From Ascoidea asiatica JCM 7603 (Eukaryota; Fungi; Ascomycota), in contig BCKQ01000005.1 in NCBI GenBank assembly GCA_001600695.1, forward strand, positions 733,620 through 797,619: a DNA stretch of 64,000 nt, given 5' to 3'. A program made the position numbers and the translations under genes. The notes beneath the pieces are model-generated. The model worked only from the letters and a program-made list of their open reading frames with translations. It was not told the DNA's origin and made no database searches. This document shows, piece by piece, positions 36,951-49,280 of the stretch (the first letter of the stretch is position 1; every line of letters starts with the position of its first letter).

Positions 36951-37445
36951 TCAAGAAATATTAATCCAAAATATTGATAAAATATAGCTATTATTATTAT
37001 TATTATTAAAATTTGAGATTTTAATATTTAAATAACCATCATTTTTATTATCCCAAATTGAACCAAAAGAATTTTTAATTACATTATTATCTTTTTTACT
37101 GTTATTATTATCATTATGATTAGAATCAATTGAAGAAGATAAATTATTTTGAATTAAATTAAATTGAATTAAAAATTTATAATTAATTGCATATTCAGAT
37201 AATTTATCTAATAATTGATCAATTAAATCATTAGAAAATGAATCTTTTGAAGTATCTAAACTATTAAAAAGCTTTTTTAATTAAAAATAATAATTAGTTA
37301 ATTGAATTCTAGAAAATCTAAATACTTTCATTATACTTTATAATAAGTAACTGCTTACATTATTCACCAACAGAAGAAGTTTCTCTTTAGGAATGGGACA
37401 TGAATCTGGATTTACTTCCTGAGATAAAAGAGACATTGACGCCAT
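36951..37445 (-). CDS. TDA2: Tctex1-type light chain Tda2 (135 aa); exons 37445-37359, 37271-36951
   Basis: Absent from the ORF track. Spliced product MASMSLLSQEVNPDSCPIPKEKLLxLVNN-LFNSLD...LLDKLSEYAINYKF...FGSIWDNKNDGYLNIK...YILSIFWINIS. Intron has GTAAGC, AACTAAT and AAG. Confidence 0.85.
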
Positions 37446-37708
37446 GATTATTGAAGTGTCACTTGCTGCAATTTTTCTATTGTTCTTTGTTATTATTGCC
37501 ACTTGACATATTTGTGATTCTTGGTTAATTTACTAATTTATCTGATGCAGGAGAAGAAACAGAGACAAACACAAACAATGGAAACAGTGACAGCCATTGG
37601 ATCCATACCGCTGGTCTTATGGTTTTGGCACCTGAGCACCATAATTCTGGCTTTTCCTACAGTCCTGTATTCTCATGCTACATAGTGTATCCGGAAGTGG
37701 CCTCTTAC

Positions 37709-37715
37709 CACGTGT
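37709..37715 (+). promoter_or_regulatory. Pho4-type E-box CACGTG(T) upstream of VTC1
   Basis: Located in the GC-rich divergent promoter; VTC1 is a known PHO-regulon gene in yeasts. Confidence 0.55.
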
Positions 37716-38265
37716 CTTTACTTTTCACTGGGATTGGAAAAACACTCGCCACAACGCCATCGCGGCGAGTGTGTCGAGAGCCTCGAGCGCCGGCGCTGAG
37801 CCAGTCAGTAGGGCCTGCACGCAGAAGAAGGAACCTTAATCAGTCTCAGACCCCAGCAGGAGCACCCTTAAACAGCACCAGCAGCCTTTTTAGCTGGTGT
37901 AGTACAAACTTAACACTCTTTTTCACTTCACTTCCATCAATAGACTATTTTTTGACTGAATATTTTTTTTTTTTTTTTTTTTGTTCTCGAAATATAAAAC
38001 AGATTGAAAATATCGGATTTAACTAATCTCGATTTTTATTTCAATTTCAATCCATCTTAATTTCATTCTCAGTTATTTTAATTCTATAATTAACCATATC
38101 ATAAAATATATACATATTCATCACTCGTTCATATTCTATCATATTCACTTTGCTTAATTTCGTATCTAATAAAGTTTGCCAATAACAATAATAATAATAA
38201 TAATAGTAAAAATAATATTCAAAAGAAAAACATTCTATATCAATAATATAATAAATCTCAAAAAT

Positions 38266-38640
38266 ATGTCTTCAGCTCCCTTATTACAAACAACTCCAGG
38301 TAAAAGAATAGCAATTCCAACAAGAATAGAACCAAAAGTATTTTTTGCAAATGAAAGAACTTTTTTAAGTTGGTTAAATTTTACTGTAATCTTAGGTTCT
38401 TTAGCAATAGGTTTATTAAATTTTGGTGATAAAATTGGTAGAATTAGTGCTGCTTTATTTACTTTAGTTGCAATGTTTACAATGATTTATGCTTTAATTA
38501 CTTATCATTGGAGAGCTGCTGCCATAAGAAAAAGAGGTTCCGGTCCTTATGATGATAGATTTGGTCCAACAATGCTTTGTTTTTTTTTATTAACCGCTGT
38601 AGTAATTAATTTTATATTAAGACTAAGAGCTACCTCTTAA
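38266..38640 (+). CDS. VTC1: Vacuolar polyphosphate synthase complex subunit Vtc1
   Basis: [37 protein letters not shown]...GPYDDRFGP. Confidence 0.96.
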   Translation: MSSAPLLQTTPGKRIAIPTRIEPKVFFANERTFLSWLNFTVILGSLAIGLLNFGDKIGRISAALFTLVAMFTMIYALITYHWRAAAIRKRGSGPYDDRFGPTMLCFFLLTAVVINFILRLRATS

Positions 38641-38689
38641 TTCAATAAATACTCTCAACCTCATATAATATACTATATATATTAATAAT

Positions 38690-38742
38690 AACATAATATA
38701 ATATAACATAATAACATAATAACATAATAACATAATAATATA
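38690..38742 (+). repeat. (AACATAAT)n octamer tandem repeat in the VTC1-PPT2 spacer
   Basis: About 5 copies directly before the PPT2 ATG. Confidence 0.8.
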
Positions 38743-39210
38743 ATGAATAATCCTCATCAAATATTGGGAATTGGTGTAGATATTATAAAAACTACTCGTT
38801 TTAAAGATATTATATTGAAATATAATTCTGATAATAACTACACTTATCTAAAAAAATTATCAAAAAGAATTTTAAATCAAGATAATAGTAATGAATATTT
38901 GAACTTTCAAAATTTATTAAATAACTACAATAATAATAAACAACAAAATAATGAAACTTATTTAAATAAATTATCAAATTATTTATCGAGTTCTTGGTCT
39001 TCAAAAGAAGCTTTATTCAAAACCTTAGATATAAAAGATCAAAAAAATTTTAATTTTAAAAATTGGTTCAAATTTAATAATATTGATGGCAAACCATTTA
39101 TAAATAATTCAGATTATTCAAATCTAAATAAAAATGAAATTTTTTTATTATCTACAAGTCATGATGGTCAATTTTTAGTTTCAACAGTTTTAAGAGTTAA
39201 ATTTATTTAA
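38743..39210 (+). CDS. PPT2: Mitochondrial holo-ACP synthase (AcpS-type phosphopantetheinyl transferase)
   Basis: GIGVDII, WSSKEALFK, GKP and SHDG motifs. Confidence 0.85.
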   Translation: MNNPHQILGIGVDIIKTTRFKDIILKYNSDNNYTYLKKLSKRILNQDNSNEYLNFQNLLNNYNNNKQQNNETYLNKLSNYLSSSWSSKEALFKTLDIKDQKNFNFKNWFKFNNIDGKPFINNSDYSNLNKNEIFLLSTSHDGQFLVSTVLRVKFI

Positions 39211-39263
39211 TATATTGTATTATACATATTATATATATATTGCTATATTTACTATTATTCTAT

Positions 39264-40850
39264 TTATTCCCATTCAACTGTAGCTGGTGGTTTAGATGTA
39301 ATATCATAAACAACTCTTGAAACTCCTTCAACTTCATTAACAATTCTTGATGCAACTTTTTTCAAAAATTTAGCTTCAAATATATACCAATCTGCTGTCA
39401 TAAAATCTGTTGTTTCAATTGCTCTTAATGTTATAACTTGTGAATAAACTCTTTCATCTCCCATAACTCCAACTGATTTAACTGGTAATAATGCTGCAAA
39501 AGCTTGAGAAATTTCTTCATAAATTCCTGCTTTTTTGATTTCTTCAATATAAATATGATCTGCTTTTCTTGCAATTTCAACTTGTGATCTGGTAACTTCT
39601 CCGAGTACTCTAATTGCAATTCCAGGTCCTGGAAATGGATGTCTCCAAACTAAATCATGTGGAATATTTAAAATCTCTCCTAATTTACGTACTTCATCTT
39701 TAAATAATTCTCTTAATGGTTCAATCAATTTTAATTTCATATTTTCCAATAATCCTCCGACATTATGATGTGTTTTTATAGTTTGTGATGGTCCTTTGAA
39801 TGAAATTGATTCAATAACATCTGGATATAATGTACCTTGTAATAAAAAATTGATTTCTTCTCCCTCATGTTTTGGTTTAATATCTTTTGCAACTCTTTCA
39901 AATACATGAATAAATGTATTACCGATAATTTTTCTTTTTTTTTCAGGTTCTGTTACTCCTTTTAATTTATCTAAAAATTCATCAGATGCATCAATAACTG
40001 TTAAATTAATACCTAAACCTTCTGATAAATTTTTTTTAACATCTCTAGCTTCATTTAATCTTAAAACACCATTATCAACTAAAATTGCATGAAATCTATC
40101 TCCTATAGCTTCAGTCATTAATTTGGCTGCAACTGTTGAATCAACACCTCCTGAAACTGCTCCAATAACTTCTGCTGTTGGTCCAACTAGTTTTCTAATT
40201 CTTGTGATTTCTGTATCAATGAAATTTTTCATTGTCCAATTTGATTTTGTTTTACAAATTTTAATTGCAAAATTTCTTAAAAGTTCTTTACCTTTGATAG
40301 AATGTGTGACTTCTGGATGAAATTGTAATCCATAAATTGGTTTAAATTCATGTGCCATAGCTGCAAATGGTGAATTTTCAGAATTTGCAACAATTTTAAA
40401 ATCTTTTGGTAATCCAGTTAATTTATCATGATGTGACATCCAAACTTGAGAATTATCAACTCCTTCAAATAATGGACAATTTTTATCGGTTACATGAATT
40501 AGAGCTGGTCCATATTCTCTTCTATCACCTCTTGCAACTTCAGTATTATTAACATATGCAATTTCTTGCATTCCATAACAAATACCTAAAATTGGAACAT
40601 CTAATTTGAAAACATCTAAATCAACATGAGGTGCATCTTTTGCAAAAACTGAAAATGGACTTCCAGAAAGAATAATACCTTTTGGTTTCCATTTTAAATC
40701 TTTAATCTTTTGTGTACATGGTAACATTTCAGCATAAACATTAAATTCTCTAAGACGTCTTGTAATTAAATGACTATATTGAGATCCAAAATCTAAAACT
40801 AAAATAGTTTCAAAAATGGCTGAAACTTCTTCAACTTCTGGAGTAGACAT
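39264..40850 (-). CDS. GUA1: GMP synthase (glutamine-hydrolysing)
   Basis: [34 protein letters not shown] and KPPATVEWE motifs. Confidence 0.97.
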   Translation of the reverse strand: MSTPEVEEVSAIFETILVLDFGSQYSHLITRRLREFNVYAEMLPCTQKIKDLKWKPKGIILSGSPFSVFAKDAPHVDLDVFKLDVPILGICYGMQEIAYVNNTEVARGDRREYGPALIHVTDKNCPLFEGVDNSQVWMSHHDKLTGLPKDFKIVANSENSPFAAMAHEFKPIYGLQFHPEVTHSIKGKELLRNFAIKICKTKSNWTMKNFIDTEITRIRKLVGPTAEVIGAVSGGVDSTVAAKLMTEAIGDRFHAILVDNGVLRLNEARDVKKNLSEGLGINLTVIDASDEFLDKLKGVTEPEKKRKIIGNTFIHVFERVAKDIKPKHEGEEINFLLQGTLYPDVIESISFKGPSQTIKTHHNVGGLLENMKLKLIEPLRELFKDEVRKLGEILNIPHDLVWRHPFPGPGIAIRVLGEVTRSQVEIARKADHIYIEEIKKAGIYEEISQAFAALLPVKSVGVMGDERVYSQVITLRAIETTDFMTADWYIFEAKFLKKVASRIVNEVEGVSRVVYDITSKPPATVEWE

Positions 40851-41456
40851 TTTTTTTTCTTTGAATATAATTTTGAAGCTGTTAGATTATGAGAATAATG
40901 AGAAATATGATAAAAATAATAGAAATAGATAAAATCGAAAAGGAAAAGCAAATGCTTGATTTAAAAACAGTTGCTTCCAATTCAATTTTAATCCAAAACT
41001 CATAATATAATAATTAAAGGTCAAATAAATAAAATTTTTCTCATCCATATCCCATTTCCGAAACTTTCAGTTTTTTCAGTCATACAATGATCATGTGCAC
41101 TTATTTTTTTTAACAAAATTTTATCGGAAAATTTCAGAAAAATCATGTACAGCACTGCACATTCACAAACTTTAAGTCTGAGATAGTTAGAAATACACCA
41201 ATAATAAAAATAGAACTCTTAAGTTGATTTACACAAGCTCATCACCTTGTTTGATAAAGTAGTTAGAAGATAATCTGTAAAATAAAAAGAAATAGAAAAT
41301 GTCTAATGATTGTCCTATTATTATAAAACATAATGCAAAAAAAAGAGATTGAAAAGAATAACTGAACAAAGAAAAAAGTTTGCCAAAATTACAAAAAAAA
41401 ATACCACATCTAATTTTTTAAAAAAAAAATCAAACCAATTTTAATGATATACAATC

Positions 41457-44400
41457 CTAATCACTATCAGTATCTGGATTAGCTATAAACAATTTCACCT
41501 CTCCGTTGTCAATATCATCCAGTTCCACACTATTGAACCTACTCATAACTGGACTATCAAATGTCGGAGCTATACTCTCTGAGTTATGTCTGCTATGTCC
41601 CACGTTTGTAGAAGAATCAGTCATAACCTTCGATATAGGACTTTTAGAAGGATCTTTCAGTATATCTTCTCCTAAAGTTTCCTTCAAAGCTAAAATGTAT
41701 TGAGTTTCTCTACTGAGTTCAGAAGTTTGACGTTTATGCTGTATTGGAGAATTTGCTAAAACATCCTCTTCTAAAATCTCATCTGCCAATAATTTAGGCT
41801 TTAATGATAAATGCTTTAAATCTCTACCTTGAAATCTAGAATCAACAGTAATTGGAAGAGATTTTTTTAATTTTCCAGAAGTTTTTATACCTAAAGGAAG
41901 TCCCCACTTTTTATGAGAAACTTTTGAATTCGAAGTACCTACTTTTATTCTAAGATTTTCAACATATTCAGATTTTTTTCCTTTATATCCAGGTTCAATA
42001 TCAACATTATTAGTATTATTATTAAGCATGGGTATAGATTTTCCATTATCTTCACTTCCCTCAGGTAATATAAAAGTGGAGCCTGACATTGATCTCATGG
42101 TTCTAGATGTTGCTTGAGGAAAACTAGGAGGGGCCCTTCTTGTAAGTACTTTTTGGGGCTTTGTAACATAAACGGTAGGAGATGTTTTTAGTCCTTCTTC
42201 TCTTCTATCATAGGAGAATCCTTTACTCTTTGACACAAGTAAATCATTTAATGCATTTTGACTTGGGTGTTTCGAAGATAATTTATCTAAACTCATATTC
42301 CTATTATTAGAAATAAGTGGAATTTTTTGAGATTCATTATTAAAATTTGTAGTATCTGTAGTAGTTTTACTTTCATTATCATCTTCATCATCTGTAACAT
42401 TATTCATAACTACCATTTTTCTTGTCTCTTCTATAACTGGATAATTTGCATTTGTGGAGAAATTAAGTTTACCATCATCATCAGACGTTTCAAAAGAATA
42501 TCTTCTATCATCAGAATCTGTAATCAGATAATTTTTAGATGAATTATTTGAAAATGTTTTTTCAAGTATAGGAGAATGTTTATTATTAATGGATTGATCA
42601 GTTTCATGAATTATATCTTTATTTAAATCATCATTTGGTTTTGGATATTCATCATCTTCATCATCAGAAAATACAAAGGGATTTGATATATTACTTAAAC
42701 CATCATCAGTATTTTCATCAACAGGAAGATGTCTTAAATTAGAAGATGAATTCAGTTGTGGTATATAAGTATCGGTAGTTATATTTGAAGTTTGACCAAT
42801 GGAATATTGTCTTGGTCTATCTACTGGTGAAACTAATTTAGATGTATCAGATGTTATACTTTTTTGATCTCTCATAATTAATTTATTAAATTCTTGAGAT
42901 TTTGGAGAATAACAAATAAAAGAAGATTTTGCAGAATACAGTTCAGATCCTGGGGAAGAATTTGAATCGGAGATTATTTTTAAATTTTTTGATTTATTTA
43001 TATTTGAATTTTCAATTGTATTATTATTATCATTATCATTTATAATTTCTTTTTCACTTATTAAGACTTTATTATTAATATTTGAATTACTTTTAATTGA
43101 ATTCGAATCTGAGGTTTGAGTTAATATTGGAGCACTTTGTAGTTGGGAATTGCTAAGATTTTTTTTTAATTCAATAGATTCTTTTAAGTTTTCAGTTGGA
43201 GTATCAATAACTAAAATTGGATTTTTGTTATTATTATTGTTATTATTATCAATGTTATTATTATTTTCATTAAAATGTTCAAATAAAGGAGAATTTATTT
43301 GATAATTTATTGGATCTTTTGAAGATAAAGCAGATTCTTGATAAATTAATCTTTTTGATTCTAATTCAAGAAATTTTTGATCTCTTCTAATTAATTCTTC
43401 AAGTTCTTCAGAAGACAGTTTACTCATTTTTTTTGAAAGTATTGGAGAAGTATGCAAAGAATTTGTATCAATAGATTTTATATATTTTGAAGAATTTAAA
43501 CTATTATTATCAATTATATTTGTATTTTTATTTATATTTATTGGACTTATCGGACTAATTGTGTTTGAATTTGTATTTGAATTTGAATTTGAATTTGAAG
43601 ATATTAAGAATTGATCTAATTGATTATTTAAATGATTTATATCATCCATAGCAGTAGATTTATTATTATTATTATCATTAGGTATATTTTTAGTTTCAAT
43701 ATGTAATGGATATCTTATATTTTCTTCGGGAATGATATTATTTTCATTTATATTACTATTGATTAGAGATTTTTGATTATTTTCATGTGAAAAAGTATCA
43801 GTTGGAATAAAATTCGAGCTTAAATTTGAATCAGGTAATAATGAAGGAGGAGGTTTTCTTCTCAAAGTTTTTCTTACTGTTGATGGACTTTTCATCAAAG
43901 TATTAGGAGTAGTTTCTTGTTGAGGTTGTAAAAATTGCATTTTTCGTGGAGATTGGGGTTGTTCTTGCTGGAGTTGTTGCTCCTGCTGCTGTTTTTGAGC
44001 TTGTGATTGTGATTGTGATTGCAATTGTGACTGTGACTGTTGGTTAACATCCTGTATTTGGATATTTGGATCTTGTGATTTTTGATTAAACTCTTTAGAT
44101 AAAGCAGGTAAGGAAAATAGATTTGCGGATAAATCTTTTGGTAGATCAGATCTTGATATAGAATTTCTCTTTTGTAATAATTGAGAAGATTTTTTTTCAG
44201 GATTCTTAGAAATAGTTCCAGAAGTTTTTTTAGGAGATTGTAATTTTAATTGTGGTTTTATTTCCGGTTTAATTTGAGATTTTGTTCTCGAGTTATTTAT
44301 TGAACTTGAATTATTTACTGAAATTGAATTAGAATTAGACTTGAAATTGGAATTGGAATTTGGAGATGAAGGTGAATTTGAAGTTGGAGTAGTAGAAGAA

Positions 44401-44459
44401 TCAAAAAATGAACTTAATCTTTTTTTCCAATGAGAATTTGATCTATGATGAGAACTCAT
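41457..44459 (-). CDS. Uncharacterised 1000-aa S/N/Q-rich disordered protein
   Basis: Long uninterrupted ORF with short motifs RRKPPP, RRAPP and C-terminal LFIANPD. Confidence 0.75.
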   Translation of the reverse strand: MSSHHRSNSHWKKRLSSFFDSSTTPTSNSPSSPNSNSNFKSNSNSISVNNSSSINNSRTKSQIKPEIKPQLKLQSPKKTSGTISKNPEKKSSQLLQKRNSISRSDLPKDLSANLFSLPALSKEFNQKSQDPNIQIQDVNQQSQSQLQSQSQSQAQKQQQEQQLQQEQPQSPRKMQFLQPQQETTPNTLMKSPSTVRKTLRRKPPPSLLPDSNLSSNFIPTDTFSHENNQKSLINSNINENNIIPEENIRYPLHIETKNIPNDNNNNKSTAMDDINHLNNQLDQFLISSNSNSNSNTNSNTISPISPININKNTNIIDNNSLNSSKYIKSIDTNSLHTSPILSKKMSKLSSEELEELIRRDQKFLELESKRLIYQESALSSKDPINYQINSPLFEHFNENNNNIDNNNNNNNKNPILVIDTPTENLKESIELKKNLSNSQLQSAPILTQTSDSNSIKSNSNINNKVLISEKEIINDNDNNNTIENSNINKSKNLKIISDSNSSPGSELYSAKSSFICYSPKSQEFNKLIMRDQKSITSDTSKLVSPVDRPRQYSIGQTSNITTDTYIPQLNSSSNLRHLPVDENTDDGLSNISNPFVFSDDEDDEYPKPNDDLNKDIIHETDQSINNKHSPILEKTFSNNSSKNYLITDSDDRRYSFETSDDDGKLNFSTNANYPVIEETRKMVVMNNVTDDEDDNESKTTTDTTNFNNESQKIPLISNNRNMSLDKLSSKHPSQNALNDLLVSKSKGFSYDRREEGLKTSPTVYVTKPQKVLTRRAPPSFPQATSRTMRSMSGSTFILPEGSEDNGKSIPMLNNNTNNVDIEPGYKGKKSEYVENLRIKVGTSNSKVSHKKWGLPLGIKTSGKLKKSLPITVDSRFQGRDLKHLSLKPKLLADEILEEDVLANSPIQHKRQTSELSRETQYILALKETLGEDILKDPSKSPISKVMTDSSTNVGHSRHNSESIAPTFDSPVMSRFNSVELDDIDNGEVKLFIANPDTDSD

Positions 44460-45678
44460 TTTCTAAATTGTTTCAAATTTGAGTTGAAATTGAAATCGAA
44501 ATCGAATTAGAAAAATTGAATATAAGTTTATATTAATACCAAGGCAATTACTTAAACATTTAAAATTATTCAACCGAGATTAAAAAGCCAACTTTTTGAT
44601 TAGATTGATTGATTCAATTAAATTTAGTATTAATACCAATCAATACCAGTGAATAATTATTGTTCTCCTTTCTTTATAACGTTAAGGTTATTTATAAATA
44701 GTTAAGCAGAGTAGAAGTTTGCTAGTATCGAGGGTACCAAACACATGGTAAAAAAGAGGAGCCGCACACTACATGTACCTGCAGAAAAAAAATTAAAATC
44801 CAAGCGGATATTAAGCGTGGAAATAATTTCCGTTACCGGTTTTTTTTTTTTTTTTTTTTCATTAATATGTAACGATCCACATTTCTTGTAATTTTTACTT
44901 TTCGGCAAAGAAGGATACCGCCGTGTTGGATCCGTAATATCGGCTAAAGATGACTCTCTCAAAGAATGATTGAATATAAAAGATAAATATTGATCAAAAA
45001 AGAATTGAATGTTGACTGAATATTTGCTGAATTAGAAATTGGTTTGAAAGATTTGCAATTACCGGTGGAAGTTAATCTAGGATCCATAAAGATAATACTT
45101 GTTTATTGTCTGTAATAAACTTTAAAATTCTTAATTGATAGTTCCAAGCCAGGAATATATTCTTGGTTATGTAAATAAAAAAAAAGGGAATATAAATACC
45201 AGCCTTTTAAATTTACAAAACACGATTAGTTTGTCTCCTTCAAAGATTTGATCTTAGATGAACAAGATGAAAAATAAGAATAGGAATAAATCTTTATTGT
45301 ATGATACTGGAAATGGTAGCGAATAATAAATGTCTTAAACCCTAGATAAATTTGAGGAAAATGGTAAAATGAACAGAGTAAGATTAGTTCAACTGTTATC
45401 TACGTTATCTACAGCACTGTAACGTTACAGAGCTAATTATAATTGAATGGCGTTATTTCAAAGCGTTAAACTGGTGGTTGAGAATTGGGTAAGTTTGCAA
45501 AACATGGTTTTACAAAAAAACAAAAAATGATGTAGCGCGTTTCACACCAGACCAAATCTAAAGAAAATTACTGCAAAGGCCACTGGGGGTAAGAAGCCGT
45601 GTTTGCGGAACTCCTTTGGCCTTGAACATTCCCGCTGCGAGGGGGCGGTGTGTGGCGGTGAGCGGAGGAGCGTGTGCT

Positions 45679-45714
45679 TTGGTATTTTTTGGTATTTTTT
45701 GGTATTTTTTGGTA
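45679..45714 (+). repeat. (GGTATTTTTT)x3 tandem repeat
   Basis: Direct 10-bp repeats in a GC-rich patch of a 3-kb divergent promoter. Confidence 0.85.
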
Positions 45715-47512
45715 GTGCTGAGTTGGTTCCATTTTTTGATAAAACTCTGCTGCTCTTGCTGCTCTTGCTGCTGGGACACACCCCAACGTTACCAGATCCT
45801 GGTTTTACAGTAGTGCCTTGAGCTGAACTAGTGAAATCAGAATAGAACTGAGAAGCAAATTTGAATTGAGAAACAAAATGTGAATTTGAATGTGAATCTG
45901 AAGCACCTCCAACAAACAGTAATTCCCAGTTACATTTGAATTCTTGATAAAGAATCACTGAAAGGCTTGAAGATATGTAAATCTTTCTTGTGAAAAAAAA
46001 AGCCATTTCTTATTTAAAAATTGAAAAAATGGATTCTCAAAAAGAATTTTGAAGGGTTAAAAAACTAAAATGAATAAAGAAATTTGTAAAGATTGGGAAA
46101 TATTTACAAAATTTTGAAAAATTGTAAGGTTCAGTAATGAAATGTGAATAAAAATCAAAATGATCTAAAATATCCAAATTATCAAAAATATTCAAAAGTA
46201 TTCAAAAATATTCAAAATATCCTAAAGAAAATTGAAATAAAGTGAAATCAATAATAAATGATCCCAATCAAATAACAAGTCAATTTCTAATTATTATTTC
46301 ATAATTATTTTCATTTGAAATTGGAATTCATCTTTCTCTATTCATATTTCTTCAAAAGATAATTAAATAATGAATTTAGAAATTATATAAAACTAAAAGT
46401 TGAATACGATATAATTCTTTACCAATTAGGATATTTCTTTTTATCTAATAAAATAAAATAAACCATTGAGTTACACAATTTCATTTAATCGTTGTTTCTG
46501 ATTTTATTTATATTTATAATCTCTTATATTTATTTATAATTATTTTGCGGTTTCAATTCACTTTAATTCACCTTAGTTTCGATCTAAACTTACAATTTTT
46601 CATAAAATAATATAAATTATATAACTTATATAACTTATAAAACTTATAAATTATTAAATAATATATTATAATCCTTCGTGATTCAAATTAATTACATTCT
46701 GTCGAGATACTTTACAATTTCAATTTCAATTTCAATATTAATCTAATAACTATTGTAATTATATTTCATAAGTAAATTAGTTTCTTTTATTCTTCTCCGT
46801 AAACAAACAAACCTCTTTTGTTATTATGGAAATTTCACATTCGTACTAAAATACCAGATAAATCTGATTTTTCAATATTTTTTGAATATATCATATTATT
46901 ACTACTATTAACATTTATACTTTTTTCATTTTCGCATCTTTATTTACTTTTATATTTACATTTATTTAAAATTTTATATTTATTTAAATCAATTCCTTAA
47001 TCTTATTTCTTTTAATTCTTTTTTTCCTCTTTTCCTCTTTTCTTTCTTCTCTCTCTTTTTTTTCCTTTTTGGTTCCTGATTAATTTCAAGATTTTGATAT
47101 TTAAATGTCAACAATCTTGTAAATTCATTTCTTTATTAAATAATTAAGAGTTTCTTCTCTTCAATTGCTTTTATACATTATATTATATTATATTATATTA
47201 TATTATAAATTATACTCGTTATTTTATATTTAAAATATATATACTACCATATAATATTCTATTTTTTTTTTCCCTCTGCTTTTTTTGTAATATTATTCAT
47301 TCATTTAAATAACATTAATCAATATATTCAATATTTACAAATTGTATCATATAATAATAAAATCATATAAACATATCATCATACCAAAATAAGTTAATCA
47401 TTTCAGTTATATCAATCATATTCATCAATTCATTAATTCATTAATTCATTAGTTCTTTTGCTTTTTCTTCGTTTTTTTATCTCATTTCTTTCAATTGCAT
47501 TTTCAAATAATA

Positions 47513-47714
47513 ATGAGTACTTCAACTCATATATCTCCAAATACAACCACAAATTCAAATTCATATATTAAGAATATAAATGATAACAACAATAATAATA
47601 TAAATAATATAAATAAAGATTCTAATTTAATACAGAAATCTAAAATTCAATCTCAAAATCAATTAAATATTAAAAGAAAAGCTTTAAGTACGGTCTCAAA
47701 TATAAATATTAATG

Positions 47715-47766
<52 letters not shown>

Positions 47767-49174
47767 TAATCAAATTAGTAATAAAATAAAGAATGTTATA
47801 AATGAAGATGAAAATTTTATTATAGATAATTCAAAAACTAAATTAACTAAAAATTCTCATCAAATTCATGTTTATAATGATCAACATAAACTTTCTCTAT
47901 TAAAGAATTCATTAATTAAGAATAATCACTACGATGATAATGATAATGATGATGAAGACAATAATAATTATAATTATGATAACTCTACTTCAATTATACT
48001 ATCGGATTTAACAGATGAAGAATCAGAACATGAATTTGAATTTGAAAATACCAATTCAAACTCAAACTCAAACTCAAATTCCAATTTAAATGTAAATGTT
48101 AAAGTGAAAGTGAAAGTGAATGAAAATGCGAATGAGAATGAAAATGAATCAGAAATTGACAACGAAAATGAAGAAGAAGAAGATGATGATGATGAATTTG
48201 ATTATGAGTATGAATATAAAGATAAATATGAATATAATTTATTAAATGAACAAATTATAAATAACAAATGTCCAGAATTAATAAGTCATCCAATATCATC
48301 GAAATATGATTATAAATTGAAAAAAGTTTATGAATATTTTTATAAAGAAAATTTAGATTATGAAGATGAAGATACAAATGATAGTAATATGGTTTGTGAA
48401 TATTGTCCAGAAATTATTAATCATTTACATGAATTAGAAATTAAATTAAAACCAGAAGGTAATTATATGAAAATTCAAAGTGAAATTGAATGGAATATGA
48501 GAAGTTTATTAATTGATTGGGTTGTACAAGTTCATTTAAGATTTAATTTATTATCAGAAACTTTATATTTATCAGTTAATTTAATTGATAGATTTTTAAG
48601 TAAAAGGCAAGTTTCTATAAGTAGATTTCAATTAGTTGGAGCTGTTGGATTATTTATTGCAGCAAAATATGAAGAAGTTAATTGTCCTTCAATTCATGAA
48701 ATTGCATATATGGTTGGAGATTCATATACAATTGAAGAATTATTACAAGCAGAAAAATTTATGATTACAGTTTTAGAATTTGAAATGGGTTGGCCAGGAC
48801 CAATGACATTTTTAAGAAGAATCTCAAAAGCAGATAATTATGATTTTGAATCACGTACATTAGCAAAATATTTCTTAGAAATTACAATTATGGATTATAG
48901 ATTAATTTCAAGTTTACCAAGTTGGTTAGCAGCAGTTTCAATGTATATTTCAAGATTTGTTTTAAATAAAGGTAAATGGACTTTAAGTCATATTTATTAT
49001 TCTGGATATACAGAAGAACAATTAAAACCATTAGCCTTGATTATTATAAATAGTTGTCGAGAAAGTGAAAAAAATCATAAATCAATTTATGAAAAATATT
49101 CAGATAAAAGATATAAAAAAGTTTCATTATTTGTTGAAAACTGGATTAAAATGGTTGATGAATTAAATCCATAA
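47513..49174 (+). CDS. CLB4: B-type cyclin, Clb3/Clb4 subgroup
   Basis: D-box RKALSTVSN; cyclin box MRSLLIDW...AAKYEE; GWPGPMTFLRRISKAD...PSWLAA of the Clb3/4 type. Confidence 0.88.
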
Positions 49175-49183
49175 ATATGTAAT

Positions 49184-49280
49184 AATAATAAATAATAAAT
49201 AATAAATAATAAATAATAAATAATAAATAATAAATAATAAATAATAAATAATAAATAATAGATAATAAATAATAAATAAT
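49184..49280 (+). repeat. (AATAAAT)n heptamer tandem array just after the cyclin stop codon
   Basis: More than 10 near-perfect copies. Confidence 0.85.

Noticed and set aside
37619-38026. 135-aa ORF between TDA2 and VTC1
   Set aside because: Lies in a GC-rich promoter patch, has atypical codon use and runs into poly-T; no recognisable domain.
667-40850. PRM15, PNP1 and GUA1 as a purine-metabolism cluster
   Set aside because: About 17-19 kb apart with many unrelated genes between them; chance is sufficient.
45542-46006. Several overlapping short ORFs on both strands
   Set aside because: Produced by a GC-rich, repeat-containing intergenic island.
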